Shown in pieces: positions 25,097 to 33,998 of a stretch of 49,278 nucleotides of DNA. The stretch lies in the IMG/VR virus record IMGVR_UViG_3300045988_165978, one strand, 5' to 3'. The DNA comes from a virus. Position 1 is the stretch's first letter, and each line of letters begins with the position of its first letter. Position numbers and translations under genes: made by a program. The notes under the pieces are model-generated. The model was not told the DNA's origin. It saw only the letters and a program-made list of their open reading frames with translations, and made no database searches.

Positions 25097-26621
25097 CTGT
25101 ATCAGCTCCTTTCGTTGTTTTCATTACCGGATATTCCAAGCCCAGTTCTTCCATCATCTGTTTTTCCGCAGCCAGCTGTTTCAGCTGCTCTTTCCAATCC
25201 TTACCCTCGCTCGCCGCAAGGTCTTTTCGGGTCAGCGTCATTGATTCTATGCCGATCTTTTTGGCATTGGCCTCTTTCTGCGGGTCAATCCACGGCATCC
25301 CCTGCGGAATAAACTCGTGTTCCAAATAGTCGTCAAGGTTAGTCCAAAAATCAGGATATTCCGATACCGGGATCAGCCCTGCCTGATACGAACTTTTTAT
25401 GACTTCTTCATACATCTTGCTTAAAACATGTTCTATCAGCGACATTTGTATATCCAGATAGGTTTTTTCATCTTCTAACAGGTTTTGACGGGCCGAAGAA
25501 TAGTTGACCTCGCTTACATCACGGCTCGCGCTTTCATGGGATAATCCCTGACCTGCCGCAGCAAGCCGCTGTTGAGTAGTGGTAAATTCTTTGGTTTCAG
25601 CTGCAGCGCCGGTAGGAATAACGCTGGTTGCATCCTGCCCGGGCTCCAGATAAAGGATATCCCCACCGCCAAAGCCCTGTATTTTCTTTTCCGGGGGCAT
25701 TGGTGTGCCAAATTTGTCTAGAAAGGTCTGCAGACTCCTTCCCATACCGCCAACTATTCCATCAGGAAACTTCTGTGTGATCACCAGCGCCAAGCTTGCC
25801 GCTATTTTGTGAGCGAAACTTACTGTTTCCAGGTAGTCGTCAGTATCCCTGATTCGGGGCAGGCTTCTTGCCAGACTGGATATCTCCCGGTATTCACTGG
25901 GTCTTTGCCGCTGCCAAAAGAACAATACCCTTTCTGCTTCCACACGCTCTATCTCGTAGTTTGTGAAGCCATTAGGATCAGTCTTTTTCAGATAATAAGC
26001 CGTTGGTCTGTTATATTTATCAAGCTCAATACCATTGACTACCACATTGCCATTATCTGCCTGTATACGCCCCAGACCGTCGATATCGTCAACTTCTCGG
26101 ATTTGTATTTTGAACGGATATTTAGCGTCTTTGACATAGGTTTTGATTATCAGGATACCGCCGTCTACTTTATAACGCTGAACTATCATATTCAGCATTT
26201 CCCGCAAAGACTGCTGGCCTGTAAGGTCACAATTTTCCGGTTTAGACCAGCGCCGCCAAAGCTTCTCCGCCAGCTCATTGAACGCCTCGTTTTTTGTCCG
26301 TGACTGTAAATTAAAGCCACGACCTACGATATTCCGCCGATACGCAAGCAAAATGCCATTAGCAATATCGCTGTTCCGTTCTGCATCCCGGGCTCTCGCC
26401 CTCATTCTGTCCCTTGAAATTTTATTTATACTTTCTCCGGTGCCGATAATCGGGGTCCAGTTTGCTCTGCTTGCGCTTTGTCCGCCAGCTTTATGTCCGT
26501 TATTCAACGCATTCCTGAACCGCATTCGCTCATAGGCTATTTGTGGGCTGAATATTGCTATCGCCCTGTCTAAAAAGTTAAGATTTGATTCTGTAGTTGG
26601 ATTTCTCACATTATTTGACAT
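25026..26621 (-). CDS. portal protein (531 aa, lambda gpB-like)
   Basis: Size and position between TerL/gpW-like and the protease-capsid gene. Confidence 0.7.
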   Translation of the reverse strand: MSNNVRNPTTESNLNFLDRAIAIFSPQIAYERMRFRNALNNGHKAGGQSASRANWTPIIGTGESINKISRDRMRARARDAERNSDIANGILLAYRRNIVGRGFNLQSRTKNEAFNELAEKLWRRWSKPENCDLTGQQSLREMLNMIVQRYKVDGGILIIKTYVKDAKYPFKIQIREVDDIDGLGRIQADNGNVVVNGIELDKYNRPTAYYLKKTDPNGFTNYEIERVEAERVLFFWQRQRPSEYREISSLARSLPRIRDTDDYLETVSFAHKIAASLALVITQKFPDGIVGGMGRSLQTFLDKFGTPMPPEKKIQGFGGGDILYLEPGQDATSVIPTGAAAETKEFTTTQQRLAAAGQGLSHESASRDVSEVNYSSARQNLLEDEKTYLDIQMSLIEHVLSKMYEEVIKSSYQAGLIPVSEYPDFWTNLDDYLEHEFIPQGMPWIDPQKEANAKKIGIESMTLTRKDLAASEGKDWKEQLKQLAAEKQMMEELGLEYPVMKTTKGADTDATKEDNGGTGGDSPKNEGSDTD

Positions 26622-26632
26622 TTTTTATCTTC

Positions 26633-26860
26633 CTATCCACAAAAAAATCCCTTGACCATCCTGTCATTACTGCTTCCGGTCCCTTCCTCCTGTGCTAATT
26701 GCTGTTCCAGGTAAAGGCGTTCTTCTCTCAAAACTGCCAAACTGGCATTTTCGACCTCAGAGGTCGGTGTTTTTATCCTCTGCCCTGCTGTCAATACCCG
26801 ATTTATCGCCGCATCGACATTTTTAAGCCTTTCTTTTATTCTTTCTGCTTTTGTAGACAC
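26633..26860 (-). CDS. gpW-like head-tail joining protein (75 aa)
   Basis: Small gene between TerL and portal, as in lambda (A-W-B). Confidence 0.45.
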   Translation of the reverse strand: MSTKAERIKERLKNVDAAINRVLTAGQRIKTPTSEVENASLAVLREERLYLEQQLAQEEGTGSSNDRMVKGFFCG

Positions 26861-26863
26861 CGT

Positions 26864-28675
26864 TTATTCCCCTCCTTCTTCCGGTAAATCATCTAAAAGG
26901 GATACATGCACGAGATCTGCCGCCAAAAATGCGTATACTTCGCAGTCCCACCAGTGATTTTGCTTCGCCGATGTCTTTTTCTCCCACATCTCTACCTGTC
27001 TGCCGCCTTTAGTACGGATAACTCTGTGTTCCGCAGTCAAATGCTCTGCGTATACGAGCTCCGTATCCCGATTCAGCATCCAGGCTCCCACTCCAATGGG
27101 TCTATGCAGTCGTGATACGATAACATTTTTGTACTGGTCAGTATCGACGATATACAAAAGCGACGGCCTTACGCCTTTTATTTTCGGCTCTACATTCGCA
27201 GGACGGTACTTTCCTACCATCGGCGAACTTGAACCTTTACACGGTATCGCTACCCCGTGATGATTATTGCAGTATTCGTATACTTCGTCCGTTCTATAGC
27301 CGGAATCCACACAGTATGCCTGAACCTGCCAGCGCAGCTCCCCTTCTTCGTCTGGCCAGAATTTGTCCATAATGCTTTCCAGTTCTTCCCAGCTCCGGGC
27401 CATACCATAAGCAATATTCTGACTTGTAAGTTTTGCGCCCCATGCACGTATCGTCCAGTAAAAATAATCTTTTTGAACGTCCACGCCTGCAGTAAGGAGC
27501 TGTGCCCACCGGGGAACAACGTGTTCTGGTACTTCCGTGCGTGAATCCATAACGCTGCCAATGTCCATATTGGCAGACAAGTTTTCCCACGGTTCACCTA
27601 ACCATGAATTGATAAAATTCATAAGGTCTGCCGGATCATTCTTACTGCGCTGAAATTCTGCCGCCACCTGTCCGAAGGTGATCCACGGGCTATAGATAGA
27701 ATTTATCGCAAAACCAATCTTTTTCGGTCTGCCCTTACATTCATTTTCCGGAATCCATTTACCATGCCTGAGCATTTCCGGTTTATGATGGTCCTTGATA
27801 ACGCCATGACATTCGCAGCATTCGTAATGAGTAGCATATTCGACTACCGTTGCGGGTTCTTTGCTGTCAAATTTCACATTTTCCCACAAAAATGGCTGCA
27901 TATGCCCACAATGCGGACACGGTACGTGATACCTGAATCTGATATCGGATTCCATGTAGGCTTTATAAATATTGCCCTCTTTCAGCGTCGGTGTGGAAAT
28001 AAGCACCAGCTTATTCATTCCTGGCCAGTTTTTAGAACGTTCTCTGGCCAATTTTATAGGATTTGCTTCCCGTCCAGACCAGCGCGGATATTTATCTATC
28101 TCGTCCATGATGATATACGGTATAGATAAACTCGCCAGTTTACTAGGAGAATTGGCCGTTGTCAGCTTACAAAAACCGCCACGGAATTTTAAGAAGCCAT
28201 CACGGCTTGCATTTTCATCAAACTTGCCCTTGAAGCAGTCACAGGAAGTAAGCATTACCTGCAGGCGTTCTTCTGAAAACTCTCTATAGGTGTCTTCGTC
28301 CGGCATTACGTATAGAAGACGATGCGGCTTTTGATCTATGGTATATCCCAGCATATTCAGCGCACTTTCTGTTCCGCTGGTCTGAGATGCCTTGATAAAA
28401 GCAATTTCCTCAATGCTTTCATCTGCAAATGCGTCCATTATGGCACGCATATACGGTACAAAATCTGTGGACCATAAACCTGGTCTTGATGTAGATCCAA
28501 CCGGCAGGACCCTATTTCGGTCTGCCCATTCGGATACCGTCATTCTTTCAGGCGGTCTGAACTGTTCAAAGGCCCTTTTGCTGATTTCTTTTAACGCGCT
28601 CTGCCATTTTTTGATCTGCAGCTCACTTATCCAGCTTAAACTCTGCAAGCCTTTGGAGTGCGTTTTCGATCTCAT
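26864..28675 (-). CDS. terminase large subunit, GpA-like (603 aa)
   Basis: Size, Cys-rich zinc-finger-like segment (CPHCGHM...CCECHG) characteristic of the GpA family. Position next to TerS. Confidence 0.8.
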   Translation of the reverse strand: MRSKTHSKGLQSLSWISELQIKKWQSALKEISKRAFEQFRPPERMTVSEWADRNRVLPVGSTSRPGLWSTDFVPYMRAIMDAFADESIEEIAFIKASQTSGTESALNMLGYTIDQKPHRLLYVMPDEDTYREFSEERLQVMLTSCDCFKGKFDENASRDGFLKFRGGFCKLTTANSPSKLASLSIPYIIMDEIDKYPRWSGREANPIKLARERSKNWPGMNKLVLISTPTLKEGNIYKAYMESDIRFRYHVPCPHCGHMQPFLWENVKFDSKEPATVVEYATHYECCECHGVIKDHHKPEMLRHGKWIPENECKGRPKKIGFAINSIYSPWITFGQVAAEFQRSKNDPADLMNFINSWLGEPWENLSANMDIGSVMDSRTEVPEHVVPRWAQLLTAGVDVQKDYFYWTIRAWGAKLTSQNIAYGMARSWEELESIMDKFWPDEEGELRWQVQAYCVDSGYRTDEVYEYCNNHHGVAIPCKGSSSPMVGKYRPANVEPKIKGVRPSLLYIVDTDQYKNVIVSRLHRPIGVGAWMLNRDTELVYAEHLTAEHRVIRTKGGRQVEMWEKKTSAKQNHWWDCEVYAFLAADLVHVSLLDDLPEEGGE

Positions 28676-29333
28676 AGTTTATGATTCTCCTGACATCGTT
28701 CGTTATTTCCGGATATTGTGAATACAGCTCCGTAAAAACCTTTTCTCCTATGCGGAGCATGGCCGACCTGGCATTTGCAAAACAGCTTGAAAGTTCTTCT
28801 TCCACAAGTTCTACCGGAATAAACCTTTCCAGCATCCTTTCAAGTCGCATTTCCTCAATGTCAGCCTTTACCTCTTTCAGCCGGGCATCTGCGTTAAGCC
28901 TTTTTGCTTCGTTTGTAGTACCGCCGTCTTCTTCTCCCAGCCCCGCCTCTTTGATTCGCCAATCAATAAGTGCCGCCAAGTCCCACCAGCCACGTTTGTA
29001 TTGCGGAGCACCGCGGGCAGTCCACGTTGAAAGCGTCCTGTCGCTAATGTCGAACAGCTTACAGACCTGGCTGCTACGAAGGAAAAGCCGATCATCGGTA
29101 GATATTTGTAAATACTGCGGAATAACACGTCGTAATCTGACCGTTTTTTCGCTTCCCGAATTCCGAAGTTTAGGGGGGTCCCTTACTTCGGAATTTTGCC
29201 CCTTTTTTTGCACCTTTTTTGAGGTGCTTTTTTTCGGGCTATTAGATGTTAAGTTTTTTTCTGATTTTTCATTTTTCTTATCCATATCAATTCCGAAGTT
29301 CCGAAGTAAAAATTTTGTACTTTTCAGAGGCAC
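28623..29333 (-). CDS. terminase small subunit (HTH KLFDISDRTLSTWTARG). The 5' 75 codons are low-complexity and contain palindromic repeats, so the true start is uncertain
   Basis: HTH motif and position upstream of TerL. GTG at 29333 and ATG at 29286 both lack a good ribosome-binding site. Confidence 0.5.
   Translation of the reverse strand: MPLKSTKFLLRNFGIDMDKKNEKSEKNLTSNSPKKSTSKKVQKKGQNSEVRDPPKLRNSGSEKTVRLRRVIPQYLQISTDDRLFLRSSQVCKLFDISDRTLSTWTARGAPQYKRGWWDLAALIDWRIKEAGLGEEDGGTTNEAKRLNADARLKEVKADIEEMRLERMLERFIPVELVEEELSSCFANARSAMLRIGEKVFTELYSQYPEITNDVRRIINYEIENALQRLAEFKLDK
29158..29198. repeat. perfect 11-bp inverted repeat AATTCCGAAGT-N16-ACTTCGGAATT, with further TTCCGAAGT copies at 29289-29306
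   Basis: Read directly. Lies in the 5' region of terS. Candidate TerS binding / packaging site. Confidence 0.6.
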
Positions 29334-29562
29334 CCGGCGCGCGCTCGCCGACCTTCGGCGGCGACGGTATTTAAGAAGTACCTTTTTTATGCTGTAGAAA
29401 TACTAAATTCTGTTTTAAATTTGCATATTCTTAAACTATTTAAATGGTTATATCAAACTTTCGTCTTGTTCTACGCTACTTTTAAATCAACTTAATATAT
29501 GATATATAAATTTTTGAGTACGCGGTACCCCCCAAAAGTCTACAAATTGTCTACGAAAAAAT

Positions 29563-29635
29563 AAAAAGCAGAAGCTTTTTAGCTTCTGCTTTAGATATAA
29601 AAAGGCGCTTGTATCAATACAAGCGCCTTTTTTAA
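29563..29635. terminator. two adjacent bidirectional terminator hairpins
   Basis: aaaaagcagaagcttTTTagcttctgcttt and aaaaaggcgcttgtatcaatacaagcgcctttttt. Confidence 0.7.
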
Positions 29636-29646
29636 GTGTTATTCTG

Positions 29647-29916
29647 TTATGCTATTTGCTTATCATCGTCAGAAAGCTTCCCCGCTTCCCATAATTCGTT
29701 ACAGCTTAAATCAATATTTTCATTCCAGCTAATACCATAACCGCCCGGATCTACTTTGACAAGCTTGTATAAACCTTGAATGTCTCGTAGTGCTTGAAAA
29801 GCTGGCCATGTGTCAAACAGCGGCTTTACATCGTATATTTTTATAACGTCGTTTACAAAATAAACCTTTAATTTGTAATCTGGCAACGCTTTTACTTCTT
29901 TTACCTTATAGAACAT
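29647..29916 (-). CDS. DUF2442 domain protein (89 aa)
   Basis: Sequence pattern (KALPDYKLKVYF.NG....D..P.......F..L.D) typical of DUF2442. Paired with DUF4160 as commonly seen. Confidence 0.65.
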   Translation of the reverse strand: MFYKVKEVKALPDYKLKVYFVNDVIKIYDVKPLFDTWPAFQALRDIQGLYKLVKVDPGGYGISWNENIDLSCNELWEAGKLSDDDKQIA

Positions 29917-29929
29917 TTTTAAACCTCCC

Positions 29930-30202
29930 TTATTCCAACGGAGAAATTTTTATAAACTCTTGTGTATCCCAAATTTTTTGCAGTTCTTCTTTGTGGAGTT
30001 CCCCCCATTCTTTTATTAATTCCATAGCTTTAGGCGGTAAGTCTCCTTCAATTTGCTTTAGTGTTTTTATTTCAATTTCGCCTGTATATTCTCCGTAAAT
30101 TGCGTGAAAGTGTGGCGGGTTGTGTTCTTTTCTCTGAAAATACATTTTTATATAAATCCCATAAAAATATGATAATGTAGGCATTTTTATTCTCCTCTGC
30201 AT
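29930..30202 (-). CDS. DUF4160 domain protein (90 aa)
   Basis: MPTLSYFYGIYIKMYF..EHNPPHFHAIYGEY is the hallmark of DUF4160. Confidence 0.7.
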   Translation of the reverse strand: MQRRIKMPTLSYFYGIYIKMYFQRKEHNPPHFHAIYGEYTGEIEIKTLKQIEGDLPPKAMELIKEWGELHKEELQKIWDTQEFIKISPLE

Positions 30203-30336
30203 TTTTTAACATTTTCTTTTTCCGCTGGTATATGTTCGCTAATAAGTTCCCTGAATAACTCTTTTGTTGATCCTGTAAAACGTTTGCCCTCTCCGTTTTC
30301 TAGTTCTTTTATAGCTTCTATAGTTTCTTGGTTCAT
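30187..30336 (-). CDS. RelB/DinJ-like antitoxin-type small protein (49 aa)
   Basis: Not in the ORF track (<60 aa). MNQETIEAIKELENGEGKRF.GSTKELFRELI resembles the RelB/DinJ-family motif. AAAGAGGGA ribosome-binding site. Confidence 0.45.
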   Translation of the reverse strand: MNQETIEAIKELENGEGKRFTGSTKELFRELISEHIPAEKENVKKCRGE

Positions 30337-30340
30337 TTTA

Positions 30341-30580
30341 TTATCCCTCTTTGTTAATTTTTGGAAAGGCTATCACAGCCTTTCCTTGCTCATCAACAAA
30401 CGCCAATCTATAGCCGCAAGCATCTGCTATTTTTATCAAATCTATCCCGCTGAAACTATCTCTTGAATATTTGTTACTAAGTGCTTGTGGACTTATGTTT
30501 AAAGCTTCTGCTAAAATTTTTCTGTCTGCATTTTTTATATTTGCCGCTGCTTTTACTATATTTCCTATCATTTTTTTCAT
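30341..30580 (-). CDS. HTH DNA-binding protein (79 aa), first gene of the TA-like operon, divergent from ardA
   Basis: LAEALNISPQALSNK helix-turn-helix. Confidence 0.55.
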   Translation of the reverse strand: MKKMIGNIVKAAANIKNADRKILAEALNISPQALSNKYSRDSFSGIDLIKIADACGYRLAFVDEQGKAVIAFPKINKEG

Positions 30581-30652
30581 CTCCTTTCATATCTTTATTA
30601 TACCGTTTTTGATTATTTTTGCAAGAAAAAAAAGAAAAAAATAATCAAATTG

Positions 30653-30681
30653 CTATTGACACCGTTAATCAATTAGGTTAT
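30653..30681 (+). promoter_or_regulatory. consensus sigma70-type promoter TTGACA-17-TATAAT driving the ardA operon
   Basis: ttgacaccgttaatcaattaggttataat read directly. AAGGAG ribosome-binding site before ATG 30731. Confidence 0.7.
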
Positions 30682-30730
30682 AATAAACACATAAACGAAA
30701 TATAAAACACATTTTAAGGAGATATTTTAA

Positions 30731-31234
30731 ATGTTAAAAATCTATATTGCAAACTTAGGAAAATACAACGAGGGAGAATTGGTGGGTAAATGGGTTGAAT
30801 TGCCCTGCGAAGACTTAGACGAAGTTTTAAAAGAAATTGAAGTTGTAGACGGTACAGCTTACGAAGAATACGCCATACACGATTATGAAAGCGATATTGA
30901 AGGTTTAAATATTGGTGAGTATGATAATATATTCTCACTTAATGAGATAGCCGAAAAATTAAACGAGTTATCAGACTATGATAAAAATTGGTTAGAGGCT
31001 TATTTGGATGCCTCGGGCGAAGACTTGTTAACAGCTTTAGAACAATTCGAGGATAATTCTTATTTCTACAAAGATATGACCTTAGAAGACGTTGCAGAAG
31101 AATTAGTTTCAGAAGGCTGTTTTGGTTATATTCCAGATTCTATAGCAATTTATATTGATTATGCTGCCATTGCAAGAGATTTAGAATGTGATTCTTATTT
31201 TGAAACAAAACAAGGTGTTATTTATCTTTGTTAG
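30731..31234 (+). CDS. ardA: antirestriction protein ArdA (167 aa)
   Basis: N-terminus MLKIYIANLGKYNEGELVGKWVELPC...DYESDIEGLNIGEYDNIFSLNEIAEKLNEL matches the ArdA family closely. Highly acidic. Confidence 0.85.
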   Translation: MLKIYIANLGKYNEGELVGKWVELPCEDLDEVLKEIEVVDGTAYEEYAIHDYESDIEGLNIGEYDNIFSLNEIAEKLNELSDYDKNWLEAYLDASGEDLLTALEQFEDNSYFYKDMTLEDVAEELVSEGCFGYIPDSIAIYIDYAAIARDLECDSYFETKQGVIYLC

Positions 31235-31315
31235 TCGAAACGCTTGCAGTCTGCAAGCGTCAGCCGTGGGATAGCCTCCCGGCTCTGATGATGACAGGCT
31301 AGAAAGGAGATAAAA

Positions 31316-31579
31316 ATGAAAAAACAAACATTTCTTATTTGTTTTGAAAATATTGACGGTATAGCCGTCAATTTTGAGCGCTGGACATTCAAAAGTGTTA
31401 AGACTTGTATAAAAAAAACTATTGAACTTTACAAGTCTTATCCTGATATTTACGCTGATACTTTGAATAAAACTGTAAAAGTTATTGCTTATTCTACTCC
31501 TAACGGTTATACCCGACAACAGGCAGTCTGGACAGCAACCATTGACGAATTTAAAATGCTTATAAACAATTTTTATTGA
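31316..31579 (+). CDS. hypothetical protein (87 aa)
   Basis: AAAGGAG ribosome-binding site. In operon with ardA. Confidence 0.55.
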   Translation: MKKQTFLICFENIDGIAVNFERWTFKSVKTCIKKTIELYKSYPDIYADTLNKTVKVIAYSTPNGYTRQQAVWTATIDEFKMLINNFY

Positions 31580-31636
31580 CATTTATATTTTAATGACGTT
31601 TAATTGACTTAAAGAAAATGCTTTGGAGGTAAAACC

Positions 31637-31921
31637 ATGAAGAAAAACCGCTTTAATTTTGATAAAAAAATTCTTGAAATGCTTGATAATTTAGACCTTA
31701 TCCCGAAAACTCAAACAGACCCTTTGCCGGGTGTAGGGGGCAGGCTTTTTATTATAACTAAGTCACAGCAAAATTATTTTAAACAAATTTGTGATACTTT
31801 AGCCCTAGTACCAGAAGAAGAAGTAAATACCTATTCAAAAAAAGAGAAATTATTTTGGTCTTGGATCTGGAACAATGCCGAAAGAGTTCTTTCTAATTGC
31901 GTTGTTTATGAACGAAAGTAA
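31637..31921 (+). CDS. hypothetical protein (94 aa)
   Basis: GGAGG ribosome-binding site. In operon with ardA. Confidence 0.55.
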   Translation: MKKNRFNFDKKILEMLDNLDLIPKTQTDPLPGVGGRLFIITKSQQNYFKQICDTLALVPEEEVNTYSKKEKLFWSWIWNNAERVLSNCVVYERK

Positions 31922-32021
31922 GCATACTATAAAAAGCGCTGAGTAAAACCAGCGTTTTTTATTTTTATCGTTGTACGTATTTTATACGTGTGTTATGATG
32001 TATTTGAGATCTAAGCTAAGG

Positions 32022-32323
32022 AGCGTTATATATGCATAAAAAACAAGACTGTTATATTTACCCCGCCGTTATAGAAAAAATGCTAATAATTACAGCGTAT
32101 TCTTACCCGATCTACCCGGCTGCGTCGCTTCTGGTAATAACTTCACGAAGCAATATTATACGCAAAAGAAGCGTTAGGATTCCATTTGTGGGGAATGGAG
32201 CAGGACAATGAATTTATTCCGTCTCCTAGCTCCCCTGAAAATATCCAGCTAGGTAAAAACGATACTCTTTGCTATCTTGATATAAATATGTTCTCTATTC
32301 GTTCTAAAATGAAAAACTTGTAA
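32022..32323 (+). pseudogene. hicB: hicB-family antitoxin pseudogene (UPF0150-like) with two frameshifts
   Basis: AAGGAG ribosome-binding site + ATG. Frame 1 gives MHKKQDCYIYPAVIEK. Frame 3 gives NNYSVFLPDLPGCVASGNNFTKQYYTQKKR*. Frame 2 gives EALGFHLWGMEQDNEFIPSPSSPENIQLGKNDTLCYLDINM... Both shifts fall at A-runs (gaaaaaatg; caaaag). No hicA nearby. Confidence 0.55.
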
Positions 32324-32352
32324 GCACGGTTAGACCGTGCTTTTTATTTTTA
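32323..32352. terminator. terminator hairpin AGCACGGT-TAGA-CCGTGCT + TTTTTATTTTTAT
   Basis: Read directly. Confidence 0.6.
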
Positions 32353-32356
32353 TCGC

Positions 32357-32516
32357 CAAAAGTCCGTGCAATCAAAATCGCGTGCAACCAAAAGTCCGTG
32401 CAACGATAAAAGTCCATGCAACCAAAACCGTATGCAATGCCAAAAGTCCGTGCAACCAAAATCATATACAACACCAAAAGTCTGTGCAACCAAAATCACA
32501 TGTAACTATGAAAGTC
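32357..32516. repeat. iteron array: about 10 contiguous 16-17-bp repeats (consensus CAAAAGTCCGTGCAAC / CAAAATCRCRTGCAAC), candidate replication origin
   Basis: Direct repeats with helical-turn periodicity and no spacers. Located immediately downstream of the ArpU-like/RusA/Rep genes. Confidence 0.7.
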
Positions 32517-32913
32517 CTAATCTATCAGCCAGCATTTTACAGATCAAGTCGAGATCTTTATAGAATTTTGCACGACTAACATTTAGACGTGCAATTATCG
32601 TTTTATCCTGCAAGCTTGGTCTATTCAAAAATTTCTCGTTAAATAACAGTAATAGATCCTCGTTCAACGCCGCACGTAAATCATCTATAGCTGCTATTGC
32701 TCTTTCTAAATATTCCTGTCGTAAAAATAACCTTTGCAGTTCCCGGTTTGTTAATTCTGCTTTTCCTGAACACCTAAGATTTTTTATTTGTTCTTGAATA
32801 CGAATTATTTCCATACAGTTTTCTTTATAGTCAGCCAATTCCTGTAGGACAAATTTTTTAGTGCTGTGTTTCATTATCATCCAGCTCCTTTTTATATGCA
32901 ACGACAACTTCAA
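32506..32913 (-). CDS. ArpU-family / sigma-70 region-4-like phage transcriptional regulator (135 aa)
   Basis: C-terminus LNVSRAKFYKDLDLICKMLADRLGL is a sigma-r4-type HTH. Length and architecture resemble the ArpU family. Confidence 0.5.
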   Translation of the reverse strand: MKLSLHIKRSWMIMKHSTKKFVLQELADYKENCMEIIRIQEQIKNLRCSGKAELTNRELQRLFLRQEYLERAIAAIDDLRAALNEDLLLLFNEKFLNRPSLQDKTIIARLNVSRAKFYKDLDLICKMLADRLGLS

Positions 32914-33250
32914 TACGAGGACGTTTTTTGTCTAAGGAGAAATCCATATCACGAATAAGGACGTTTCTATCATTTTCATAGAGGATGTTTTCAAGTGCAT
33001 CAGGCAGGAGCTTATGGAGATTTCCCATATCGTGAGGACGATTATCGGGCCAAAAAGCCCATAGCAGGATAACTATTTTTTCATCTTTTGCAGGATAAAC
33101 CCACCCCTGTTTCCTTTTTGCCTGAGTTGCTTCATATCCAGCAATAAGTTTCCAGTTTTTCGCTGCCTCTGTAAGTCTGCGGCCTTTTCTCGGTACATTT
33201 ACATAACAATGGTTAACACTGGGCGGGATGTCTAATATTATTTTTAACAT
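32858..33250 (-). CDS. rusA: Holliday junction resolvase RusA-like (130 aa)
   Basis: N-terminus PPSVNHCYV.VPRKGRR and C-terminus HDMGNLHKLLPDALENILYENDRNVL match the RusA pattern (D..N..K..DAL...DD). Confidence 0.7.
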   Translation of the reverse strand: MLKIILDIPPSVNHCYVNVPRKGRRLTEAAKNWKLIAGYEATQAKRKQGWVYPAKDEKIVILLWAFWPDNRPHDMGNLHKLLPDALENILYENDRNVLIRDMDFSLDKKRPRIEVVVAYKKELDDNETQH

Positions 33251-33998
33251 ACCTCTTTTTCTCCTTCTGTTTTTTATCAGGTATCTTGATCATTCTGTAA
33301 TACTGATATGGATAGCCAGTGATCTCGCTTACTCCATATTCAATGCTATCAGGAATGATCATATAGCCTTTGGGCGCTTTCGGATACTCCCGCCAGCTGT
33401 CAGCTTTGACTATATTGGTCTCTACTTCCGGTTCTTTTAAGTTTCTCGATGAACACCATCTTTTTTTGAATACAGCTTTTTCAGGATCATTATATGTTTT
33501 TCTAGTTTGTTTTATGAGATAATCAGCAAGTTTTATATAGTCTCCCGAATCATCTAAAACTCTAAGACCTACTCTGCCATGTCCCCATATTTTATTTATT
33601 TCTTCTGGTAGAACTCCACCATTGACTACCATATGAAAATGCATGGATACTTTCCCATACTCAGCAACCGCTATATACTTTAATTCTTTCTCTAACTTTT
33701 TATAGTGCCTTCTCATTCTATCTAAAAACCTTTTCAGGTCATTTCTTGCATCTTCTGGATTAAGTGCTCTTTCTTCCGGTCTATAGGTTAGGATCAAATG
33801 ATAATCACCTGCTGTGAAATTAGCATTGATCTTTCGACGTAAATTTTTAGCAGCGTTACGTTCATTTACTTTTTTCATATTTTCCGGAGTACGGTTTATA
33901 TTAGCCGACCTGGTTATCTTTTTACTGTTAAATTTAGTCGTGTGATATTTTTCTACATCTACTGTCAATCCAGCAAAATATTTCTTTTGTAAATACAT
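33213..33998 (-). CDS. HUH-type rolling-circle replication initiator (Rep), about 261 aa from ATG 33998 (the ORF track extends to 34121)
   Basis: HUH motif MHFHMVVNG. Tyr motif GDYIKLADYLIKQ. The track's first 41 codons look like read-through of non-coding DNA. Confidence 0.55.
   Translation of the reverse strand: MYLQKKYFAGLTVDVEKYHTTKFNSKKITRSANINRTPENMKKVNERNAAKNLRRKINANFTAGDYHLILTYRPEERALNPEDARNDLKRFLDRMRRHYKKLEKELKYIAVAEYGKVSMHFHMVVNGGVLPEEINKIWGHGRVGLRVLDDSGDYIKLADYLIKQTRKTYNDPEKAVFKKRWCSSRNLKEPEVETNIVKADSWREYPKAPKGYMIIPDSIEYGVSEITGYPYQYYRMIKIPDKKQKEKKRYVKNNIRHPAQC

Noticed and set aside
29335-29400. GC-rich hairpin (GCGCGCGCTCGCCGACCTTCGGCGGCGAC) as a terminator
   Set aside because: No adjacent U-run in the right orientation. 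More likely part of the terS leader / packaging region.
32357-32516. Possible CRISPR array
   Set aside because: Repeats are only 16-17 bp, directly contiguous with no unique spacers, and degenerate. They fit iterons, not CRISPR.
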